Assembly (NCBI GenBank): GCA_905178155.1
Contig: CAJINV010000006.1
Span: 1,889,526 to 1,953,525 of the forward strand
Origin: Amoebophrya sp. A120
Lineage: Eukaryota; Protista; Dinoflagellata
Length of the DNA stretch: 64,000 nucleotides
Direction: 5' to 3'
Both the position numbers and the translations under genes were made by a program. Positions 49,795 through 60,400 of this stretch are shown here, piece by piece. Positions within the stretch are counted from its first letter, which is position 1. Each line of letters opens with the position of its first letter. The notes under the pieces are model-generated. The model had not been told where the DNA came from, did not search any database, and saw only the letters and a list, made by a program, of their open reading frames with translations.

Positions 49795-52700
49795 ATATTT
49801 ATGTATTAAATTTGTTGAATACTCCACTGGAGACCACGGAGAGCAGCACGATGTATGATCACGATAGGAACTACAAGCGAGACAACAAAAATTTCAGCGC
49901 GACGCACTTCATCTCCAACAGCCTCTGACATTTATGAGGATGAAGTTACTTTTTGATAAAAACGTTTTGAGTAGCGGCACCTTTTTAGATATAGAAGAGC
50001 CCGCACCATCAACCCGGTGATTGGCACAAATATGAGACGAGGGACAAGATTTTTTTATTGTCTTTTACCAATTTTACACCGCATACCTGGAGATTTTTTT
50101 TTTATACTTTTCCGCGCCCTGCTGGTGTTGCTTTCTCTCTTCTCGGCTTTTTTGCCCTGGGGAGGTGATTGTCATTGTCAACACTAGTTTTACAATAGTA
50201 AGGGGCCGTGCGTACTATTTTTCAAAAACAGGGAAAAAACTATGACCCAGAATATTAGCCTGAGGTTCACAAGAACCGTGAATTATGTGGGTCGTATTTC
50301 ACTAATCATGTCTCTAGTTCATACCGCAGTATAATCCTATCCGATATAAATCTATACTTGACGATCAAGTCAATGTCAAGAAGACGCGCGTTTAATACGC
50401 TGTGTCCTTTTTTGACGTCTCAATCTCCCACCACGGATGGGGAAGACTGCCCGCTCATTTTATTTTCTACGACAATTTCATCCCTTGTTTCGGGGCTTTG
50501 GTCTTACAAAGTCTGCACTTGATGAGAGATTAAATTGTACTAAAATTATTTAGAAGATGAGATGAAAAACATCACCCAGCTGCTTCCCCACGACTTTTCA
50601 AGTGAAATATGAGCTATGAAATACAATTTTTACAACTTATCATCCCGATACAAATTTAGACCTAATTTTTCTTGTCAGCCTGCGTGCTGCTTTGCTGCAT
50701 TTTGTTCCGATTTATATGTAAACTGTAAATTTACTACGACCACGCAAGAGGCTCTGTAGTAGATGGCGCAACGGCGTGGCGGGCGTGGCTCTCCTGGAGG
50801 AATAAAGTGATAATCTCATCTTCTTGACCTGTTTTTGCTAACCTTGGCTAGTTAGCAGTGGGCGAAGGAATATTTTTTCACCGAGATTCCATCTTGGACA
50901 GCTATGCTTGTCATCGCTCATCAGTGGCAAAAGCTTGTCATCCGTCGATGACGCATGTTAAACAACCTTCATCGCGCACAAAATAAAATCGGAGCAGTAT
51001 CATGCTTGCAGCATGCATTATGACCGTCAGAAGATGCGCCGGCACTTAGCCAACGAAGTGCCTGTGAATCTATTCACCGAAATGCAGAGCAGAGCGTGCA
51101 TATATTTCTCTACTTGTAAATGCAGTTGTCATCAGTGCCTGGAATATCTAGATATGATTTTGGGTTCAGCAGACCAAACTCACTTTGCTTGTGTCTGCGT
51201 GTTGCAGCTATACTTTTTCATCTGTAAAGAATAGAACTGTGGCAGTGGCAAGCTCGAAAGATATTCACTCCATTGCAGAGTGCAAGTGATCGCAGTTTTA
51301 TCGTGAGACGACTCTGCTCTAGAAGAAACACGAAGAAAGCAGAGGAAAAAAAGAGCCGGGCAGCAGGCTTCGAGATGACAGCCGACGGAAACTTACCCTA
51401 CTACTCGGCGCTTCTTTATATATTGAATATTGAAGATAGCACCACCAGCAGTTTTGTTTTATCCTGTTGCTCCTTTGAAACAGCTATCGAACTTGCAGCA
51501 AATCTAGTACCGCTGGTATGGGTATGCAACTTTTTCTGGTCCTCAACGAGTTTTGCCACAAAACCTGAACTACGCGGAGAAGTTCGAGAAGATACCAGTA
51601 ACGCTAGCGCCACTTACTACAGCTATCTAATGTAACTGCGCTCGCGCGAGTTACTACTTTATCCCTCAGCTTGAGGGAAAAGGAAAACGAAAAACTTCTA
51701 AGAAAAAACTAAACGATTTGATGTGAAGCCTCGTTTGTGTTATCAACCAAAAATCTTGAGATGCTGAATAACGAAAAACGAAAATGCGAGGACGGTATTA
51801 TATTGTATTACTGTGCTAGGGCTATTGCATCAAGGTGAATGTTTCTTGTTCCAGCAGTATGTTGATCGTTTGATTGACGAAGAGACCACTTCTACCTGTG
51901 GTTACCTCCGGTATAATTGTCAGCATACGAGCACGCTGGAAGTAGCAGCTTCACGGAATAGAACATCAAAGAACTTTGTGGATTTATTTTCCAGAATTTT
52001 TACCTGTCGTTCTCCTCGTATCAATCTCTTTGCACCAAAGGAGCAGAGTAGTTTGGTGTTGAGGTCGTGCACCAGCTAGTTGCAGTACTTCTTATCTTGT
52101 TGTTCGTTTCGTTCATTCGCTTCGGTACTGCGATAAAATAAGTAAAATGGTTGATTTCGTGTCGACGCAAGACAGAGGGGATCATCCTGACGAGCAGGGT
52201 GAAGAAAGAGCCACGCATTTTTACCTGTTTCTTGTCGCAATATCGCCTTTTTTGCGAAGAATTATCCGCCATTGTGCGGCTTCTGATTCTATCAAATGTA
52301 AAAATGTCTGGGTCTGGAAGAATNNNNNNNNNNNNNNNNNNNNNNNNNNNNNNNNNNNNNNNNNNNNNNNNNNNNNNNNNNNNNNNNNNNNNNNNNNNNN
52401 NNNNNNNNNNNNNNNNNNNNNNNATGCTGAAGATGCAAGGCTCCCCCTCCACGCCACCCAGCACTACAGTCCGCATCTTTTCCCGTGTAGCATGACAAAG
52501 CTGATTTGTGACAACAAAGCTGCATCACAGATTTCCGTTTTGATATGGGGAGGGGGGATTTTTCCTCTCAATATATGATGGGAATCAAGGGAGCACTGTA
52601 GGACTAGGAGCCCCTGCTAGCAACATTGCGGGAGCAACGACTTACCAGGAGCAACAGGCGGCCCGGCATGCTGCTGGCACTGGTGGATCTGTAGCTGGTC

Positions 52701-55291
52701 AACAGCATTCTATGAGTATTAACACTGGCACCGCGGGACTTTATTATGCCAACGCTTGGTAAATATTTATGTATTAAATTTGTTGAATACTCCACTGGAG
52801 ACCACGGAGAGCAGCACGATGTATGATCACGATAGGAACTACAAGCGAGACAACAAAAATTTCAGCGCGACGCACTTCATCTCCAACAGCCTCTGACATT
52901 TATGAGGATGAAGTTACTTTTTGATAAAAACGTTTTGAGTAGCGGCACCTTTTTAGATATAGAAGAGCCCGCACCATCAACCCGGTGATTGGCACAAATA
53001 TGAGACGAGGGACAAGATTTTTTTATTGTCTTTTACCAATTTTACACCGCATACCTGGAGATTTTTTTTTTATACTTTTCCGCGCCCTGCTGGTGTTGCT
53101 TTCTCTCTTCTCGGCTTTTTTGCCCTGGGGAGGTGATTGTCATTGTCAACACTAGTTTTACAATAGTAAGGGGCCGTGCGTACTATTTTTCAAAAACAGG
53201 GAAAAAACTATGACCCAGAATATTAGCCTGAGGTTCACAAGAACCGTGAATTATGTGGGTCGTATTTCACTAATCATGTCTCTAGTTCATACCGCAGTAT
53301 AATCCTATCCGATATAAATCTATACTTGACGATCAAGTCAATGTCAAGAAGACGCGCGTTTAATACGCTGTGTCCTTTTTTGACGTCTCAATCTCCCACC
53401 ACGGATGGGGAAGACTGCCCGCTCATTTTATTTTCTACGACAATTTCATCCCTTGTTTCGGGGCTTTGGTCTTACAAAGTCTGCACTTGATGAGAGATTA
53501 AATTGTACTAAAATTATTTAGAAGATGAGATGAAAAACATCACCCAGCTGCTTCCCCACGACTTTTCAAGTGAAATATGAGCTATGAAATACAATTTTTA
53601 CAACTTATCATCCCGATACAAATTTAGACCTAATTTTTCTTGTCAGCCTGCGTGCTGCTTTGCTGCATTTTGTTCCGATTTATATGTAAACTGTAAATTT
53701 ACTACGACCACGCAAGAGGCTCTGTAGTAGATGGCGCAACGGCGTGGCGGGCGTGGCTCTCCTGGAGGAATAAAGTGATAATCTCATCTTCTTGACCTGT
53801 TTTTGCTAACCTTGGCTAGTTAGCAGTGGGCGAAGGAATATTTTTTCACCGAGATTCCATCTTGGACAGCTATGCTTGTCATCGCTCATCAGTGGCAAAA
53901 GCTTGTCATCCGTCGATGACGCATGTTAAACAACCTTCATCGCGCACAAAATAAAATCGGAGCAGTATCATGCTTGCAGCATGCATTATGACCGTCAGAA
54001 GATGCGCCGGCACTTAGCCAACGAAGTGCCTGTGAATCTATTCACCGAAATGCAGAGCAGAGCGTGCATATATTTCTCTACTTGTAAATGCAGTTGTCAT
54101 CAGTGCCTGGAATATCTAGATATGATTTTGGGTTCAGCAGACCAAACTCACTTTGCTTGTGTCTGCGTGTTGCAGCTATACTTTTTCATCTGTAAAGAAT
54201 AGAACTGTGGCAGTGGCAAGCTCGAAAGATATTCACTCCATTGCAGAGTGCAAGTGATCGCAGTTTTATCGTGAGACGACTCTGCTCTAGAAGAAACACG
54301 AAGAAAGCAGAGGAAAAAAAGAGCCGGGCAGCAGGCTTCGAGATGACAGCCGACGGAAACTTACCCTACTACTCGGCGCTTCTTTATATATTGAATATTG
54401 AAGATAGCACCACCAGCAGTTTTGTTTTATCCTGTTGCTCCTTTGAAACAGCTATCGAACTTGCAGCAAATCTAGTACCGCTGGTATGGGTATGCAACTT
54501 TTTCTGGTCCTCAACGAGTTTTGCCACAAAACCTGAACTACGCGGAGAAGTTCGAGAAGATACCAGTAACGCTAGCGCCACTTACTACAGCTATCTAATG
54601 TAACTGCGCTCGCGCGAGTTACTACTTTATCCCTCAGCTTGAGGGAAAAGGAAAACGAAAAACTTCTAAGAAAAAACTAAACGATTTGATGTGAAGCCTC
54701 GTTTGTGTTATCAACCAAAAATCTTGAGATGCTGAATAACGAAAAACGAAAATGCGAGGACGGTATTATATTGTATTACTGTGCTAGGGCTATTGCATCA
54801 AGGTGAATGTTTCTTGTTCCAGCAGTATGTTGATCGTTTGATTGACGAAGAGACCACTTCTACCTGTGGTTACCTCCGGTATAATTGTCAGCATACGAGC
54901 ACGCTGGAAGTAGCAGCTTCACGGAATAGAACATCAAAGAACTTTGTGGATTTATTTTCCAGAATTTTTACCTGTCGTTCTCCTCGTATCAATCTCTTTG
55001 CACCAAAGGAGCAGAGTAGTTTGGTGTTGAGGTCGTGCACCAGCTAGTTGCAGTACTTCTTATCTTGTTGTTCGTTTCGTTCATTCGCTTCGGTACTGCG
55101 ATAAAATAAGTAAAATGGTTGATTTCGTGTCGACGCAAGACAGAGGGGATCATCCTGACGAGCAGGGTGAAGAAAGAGCCACGCATTTTTACCTGTTTCT
55201 TGTCGCAATATCGCCTTTTTTGCGAAGAATTATCCGCCATTGTGCGGCTTCTGATTCTATCAAATGTAAAAATGTCTGGGTCTGGAAGAAT
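49456..55291. other. Exact 2,868-bp duplication (49456-52323 = 52424-55291) around a 100-N scaffold gap; likely assembly artefact
   Basis: Identical ORF track offset by 2968; both contig ends break inside repeated elements. Confidence 0.85.
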
Positions 55292-55981
55292 TCATGTCTG
55301 TCATGCTTGTCTGGCATGACTCTTAAATCTGTCATGCACGTTACCCAAGAGCTCCGTTTTTCTGTGATGCAGAAGCGCAGTTTGTCATGCAGAATAGGCA
55401 ACACCTAGGAGCTCAGAAACTTGTCATGCTGAGCCAGCATTTGTAGCCTCATCATGAGACGCCGCCCAGCATCACAAGTTTCCAGACCCAGACATTTTTG
55501 CTTTTGATAGATTCGTGAGGGAATTCGTTTCGAGCTCGCCGTGTCATCGCAATTCTGTATATTAAATGTAAAAATGTCTGGGTCTGGAAGAATGCAGCTT
55601 GTCATGCTAAATCTGAAGCATGCAAAAATCTGTGTTGCATGATTACCAAAAGTCGTCCAGTTTTGACCAAGCCGGGAGGGAGTTTCTCATGCAGGATAGG
55701 CGTAAGAGAGATCGCACAGAATCTGTTATGCTAGGTGCTGCGTTCCAGGCTTCATGGGTCATGGAAAAGCTGCGTGACAAATCGCGCACTCTTCCAGACC
55801 CAGACACTTTTACACTTGATGCTGTAGGCTTCTGATTCGTGAGGGAATTCGTTTCGAGCTCGCCTCGTCATCGCAATTACGTAGGCCTGCTGCCAACTCA
55901 GATTCTTCTACGGGGCAACAGAAGGATATGGAAAAGTCGTGGTTTTCAAGAACATCCTCGCTAGATCTAGATGAGCAGTAG
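55119..55981 (+). CDS. Possible exons containing a 19-codon tandem repeat (RLLIREGIRFELAxSSQ); may be upstream exons of the 56089 gene
   Basis: A frame is open after removing the elements at 55258 and 55560; a minus-strand frame is also open, so the strand is uncertain. Confidence 0.35.
55258..55509. mobile_element. Introner family A
   Basis: A-type TIR; TSD GATTC; empty site at 55834-55838. Confidence 0.9.
55560..55821. mobile_element. Introner family A, ends ATG
   Basis: A-type TIR; TSD CTGTA. Confidence 0.9.
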
Positions 55982-56088
55982 AACATATTTCTTTTTTACG
56001 TGGTTTCATAAGTCTCATTTACAACTTCAACTTCTTTTCTCGCGAATTTAAGTAAGTACAGCTATAGCACAGCTTTTTAGCAAGCACT

Positions 56089-58592
56089 ATGTTGCAGGAC
56101 ACCTTGTTCACGGGAGCTGCTGCTGCTTCCGCTTCGCAACTGGATCACGACAACCCGTTTTGTGTTTTCGACTACCCCGGTCACACGATTCGCAGGCCGC
56201 CCTTCGCCGAAAACTATGTCGTCTATGAAAGTGCGCAAGTTCTTTATCCTTTGTTCCCCCTAATTTGTATGGCATCGGAGCCAGCAGCAACAGAGTACAC
56301 CCCAGCAAACATCGCGCCTGATGTCCATGTGCATGGCAAGTTGACGGCGCACCGAGTGCCGTATTGGTACTGTTTTGGCTAGTACAGAGAAAATTTGTCG
56401 TGCAAATAACGGTCCTCGACCTCGTCGTGCCACAGTAAGTGGATTTGGAATTTTTGCATGACAAATGCAAATGAGAGACGTGAGGGACGTCGAGAGCAGT
56501 TGTGCACTCTCATATCGTCTCTACGGACCTCCCACAGTGGCTGCGGAAGCACCTGGACTCGATGACGCATGCAGATTCGCGGGGGAATAAAAGCGATATA
56601 ATCGTATCCTAAGCACGAACGTGCCCACCCCATAGTCAAGTTCTTGGGAATCTAGCAACACAAATCTCCAAGTTTCGGTTGCTGTGAATGACAAGTTTCC
56701 CTCTGCAGTACACTCGTGGAGCTGCGCATTACAACAAATCGATTCCTGTCATTGCGCATGTGCATGACAACTCTGGGCAGGTGGGGACGTTTTTACCCAG
56801 GATATATCGGGGAGCAACATTCAACCGAGGCCGAGGCCTCCATCAACGATCACCCGCTCTTGGTTTTCAAGCAGCCACTGAAAAAAGTCCATGTCATATC
56901 CAAGAAAAAAAACATTGTAGGTGTAACCTTTTTGCAGGAACAGCATTACAAATCTGTACGGCACGATAGCAAGAACCTGTAATGCGCAGATAGTACGTGA
57001 AAACGCCCTTTAATGGGCCCTACGATGCATGCCAAGCATGACAGACGCAATCATCTTGCATGTTGCGCATGACAAATTTACACCAACAGCGTTTTTTTCT
57101 TGGATACGTCACGCTCGAGGATGCCTCCGACGACGCACATCACCACTACCGGAAAACATATCCTGTGTAAAAGTATTGTACTCGTAGTATTATTAATCGC
57201 AGTCATGCATTACATAAGGCAGATCCGCATTACAAATTTTATTTCTCATGCTGAGTACAACATTTGTTTTTGTAATGCATTTATACGAGTGCGATACTTT
57301 TGCAATGCATAAAACACTCTGGGAGGCGTATTTTGATCAGACGGAAACGGTCAGCGGTGGCTCCATGCAAGTATGCATCGCAAATAGTTGTCAGGGTCTG
57401 GAAGAAGTGAACTTGTGATGCTGGCCTTGTATTTTTCCAAGAAAATCTGTATTGCATGTCCCACAAATTACCCGCAGCGTTCTTTGTCGTGCAAAAGGGC
57501 GACTTGCAATGCGCGCTGCGAATGGGATTGGGACAGCGTTGAAAGAACTTGTCATGCTTGGCTGCATTGGCAAGCGTTTCAGTGATCTGCACTTCAGGAT
57601 CACAACTTTCCAGACCCGGACATTATATTTGCAGTGGATAGCAGGTGGCGCAAAACAAGTTCCTTGACCTGCCTCCTGGCGGTTTATCACAGTGAAAAAT
57701 GCCCCAGCATTTGTATTGCAAACATTCCCAAACAAAACATTCGTCCTCTTGCATCTATCAGCATCACAGACTTTCGATCGTGAATAGCAGCAATTTGTAT
57801 TGCACAAGATCCCAGCAAGAGTGGCGCTTGTCATGCACGCGATGCAGTTTACCTTTACGCCTAGAATCCGCATCTTTGAGATTCATAAGTACTCCTTTCA
57901 TGCATGACAAAAAGATTTCTTTTGGAAACTTCGCACCACAAATAATTGCACCTCTGGGGGTGGGGGCGTTTTTCACTGCAATACGGTTTCCAAGCTATTC
58001 TTCCCGGAGGGCAGGTACAGGGAGCGCACCCCTATTGAGAGGAAAAGTCCCCCCTTACGTTTAGAAAAATTTGTGTTGCGGATTTGAGATCACAAATCAC
58101 ATCTGTCTTGCAAGAAGGCAAACCCAAAGAATCCGCCGCATTATGGAGGCGATTCGTAATGCTGTTTCACCTACAGGGCAGGCCTCTCTTATGCCAAGCG
58201 CCTACAACAAAACAATCCGACGCTGGCTGGGGCTTTGCCTGTAGTGTCTCGCTGCGAGACAAGACTGATTCGTGTACACAAATCCAGCAACAGAAGTTTG
58301 CGCTTCAATATGGGGAGGGGGGATTTTTTATTTTGATAAGCGCGAGGGGACCACGAGTACCGTCGTACCCGCGCACGCCCCTGTCATCGACCACGAAAGG
58401 CGGAACACGTTGAAACTGCACGTCACGGGCGAAGGCGTGTTCGCGCACGAGCTGGCAGACAGCGGTCTGGGAATCGGACCAAAATTGTCTGATGACGTCG
58501 ACGAGGAGCTGTTTTTCGACGTTTTGAAGTCCCCAAGAGTGAAGTGCCCCGACATGGTGGACGAGCATCCCTTGGCGATGAGGATTTTTTGA
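56089..58592 (+). CDS. Hypothetical protein (~246 aa) with 7 introner introns
   Basis: Exons 56089-56223, 56520-56604, 56810-56896, 57112-57158, 57317-57371, 57646-57684, 57989-58032 and 58344-58592 sum to 741 nt with no internal stop. Confidence 0.8.
56224..56514. mobile_element. Introner family F, diverged
   Basis: TATGAAAGTGCGCAA / TTGTGCACTCTCATA; TSD TCGTC. Confidence 0.85.
56605..56804. mobile_element. Introner family D, internally deleted
   Basis: D-type TIR; TSD AATCG/TATCG. Confidence 0.85.
56897..57106. mobile_element. Introner family C, reverse orientation of the 547 copy
   Basis: C-type TIR; TSD TGTCA/CGTCA. Confidence 0.9.
57159..57311. mobile_element. Introner family B
   Basis: B-type TIR; TSD AAACA. 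Confidence 0.9.
57372..57640. mobile_element. Introner, A-related
   Basis: GGGTCTGGAA / TTCCAGACCC subterminal; TSD GCAAG/GCAGG. Confidence 0.85.
57685..57983. mobile_element. Introner family K (D-related)
   Basis: TATCACAGTGAAAAATGCCCC / GGGGCGTTTTTCACTGCAATA; TSD CGGTT. Confidence 0.85.
58033..58338. mobile_element. Introner family E
   Basis: E-type TIR; degenerate TSD ACCCC/AGCGC; frame restored. Confidence 0.8.
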
Positions 58593-60049
58593 CATACGGA
58601 AGAAAAAAAACCGTAAATCTATGTTTGAAAGTGTAAGTCTGTAAATAGTACTATAGCAATCGAAAGCATGCGGTGCACCAGCTATTGGGCTTGTCATTCA
58701 TCTTTCCAGCCATGTTGTAACAGATACTTCGTTCTGTGTTTTGGTTTTCACGTAATATACTAGGTTTGTATTACTACTCCCGTCGTCTGATGCAGCAGGA
58801 TCTGGATTTTTCTTTCGATCGGATCTGGATTTTGTATTACTACGCGTTGGATCTGGATTTTTGTTTCGATTTCGGTTTCGTTCTGCTTCTCTCTGTGGAA
58901 GAAATCCGTAACCGTAATGCCGTCGCGTTCGCGTTTAATTAGCTCAAGTCTAATGTTGTTGACAAGAGTTTTTGATTTACCGCACAGCACCTAAGATGAC
59001 GAATGGAACGATGACGACAATGAAAATGATCATGATGAAAGTACTTAATAGCTTGACCCCCATGGGAGCGGCGCCGCGCCCTCCGTGATGGTGATAGGCC
59101 TAGCTGGAAATCGACAAACATGGTAGATCATGACACTGCTTCGGGCCGCGGCGGCGGAACGACTTCTCCGACGACCGTCCCAACTGGGCAGCAGGTCCAT
59201 ACTACCTTTCAGCCCCCAGCGCGCGTGATTACAGCCGCGCTCGCAGCGGTCAGCAGGCAGCAAGGTGGATGTGGATCATCATCTTCACGACAGGCAGAAG
59301 ATGACATCGAGCGAGGGCAAAAGTATGGCCAGCGGGTTGTTTTGGACTTCCGGCGCTGCGACCTGCTTGTGTTGCCATGGCAGCTGGAGCAAGTGTTTCA
59401 TGGACGAGTGGGGGGTGCTTTATGGAACGGGTGAACAGCTTTTTATTTCAGCCAATATAATCTTCATCTTGGTTTTGTATCATCGCCATCCACATGAGGT
59501 ACATGTATGTATCACGAGTAAGAATGACACGTAAAAAATACAACGTGGTTGCCCAAATGTCCATTGTACGCTAAAAACCCGTCCCCTGGGGCGGTCAGGT
59601 GATGACGATGAACGCATCAATAAAATTCCGAATCGAAGATGCTATCCGAAGAAGATGCAGATGTTGGCTCACGAAGATAATTGGCAGTCGCATAGTACAA
59701 CTTCCAACACAACAAACTGCAAGAGCTGCAGCTTGGCGGAAACTTCCTGCAGAACCGCGCGCTTGCCCCCCTGTGCTTCAGCACGACAAGTAGAAGTGGA
59801 ACTTCCGCTGCGGCTCCAGGTAACGACCACGCGGAGCACTCCCTACCCTGTTTCCTGCCCTCTCTCCGGGTCCTAGGCCTGCAGAAAAACCGGCTTTCTG
59901 GGGTATTGAAATTGGACAGGTTGCCAGGGTCGCTCGAAGAGCTTTATCTGAACGAGAACCGGCTGGAAGGGTTGCAAATCGACTTCTGCGCTGTATCAAA
60001 AATGAGATGAAAGCGGACCTTTTTTGCATTACATCGAGGTGGTGCAACG

Positions 60050-60100
60050 GTAACTGTAACTGTATGCTGTAACTGTAACTGTCTGCTGTAACTGTAACTG
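60050..60100. repeat. (GTAACT)n microsatellite
   Basis: Direct reading. Confidence 0.8.
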
Positions 60101-60400
60101 AGAAGCTGCTTCGCCTGTCCGGCGCGCTTGTCAACACTATACTAAAGTTCTGAGTTGATGTGAAGAGGATCAGGCACCACAATTCGAACACGACAAACAC
60201 AAACAATCAATGCAGTTGGTGAAACATAATAAATGCTTTCCATTTTTCGATAAACGCACCGCCAAGACGAAAACGTCGCTACAGCACCAGCAACCTTATC
60301 GCGGTCATCCAGTACCAGTTGTAGACCAAGTGTCGTTCTTGCAAGCAAACTGAAAATCTTGCACCTGCAAAGAAATTGGATCAGTTGGCTGCCGGTGGAC

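Noticed and set aside
49456-55291. 2.87-kb perfect tandem duplication
   Set aside because: The copies appear identical, are separated by exactly 100 N and both break inside repeated elements, which is typical of unmerged overlapping contig ends.
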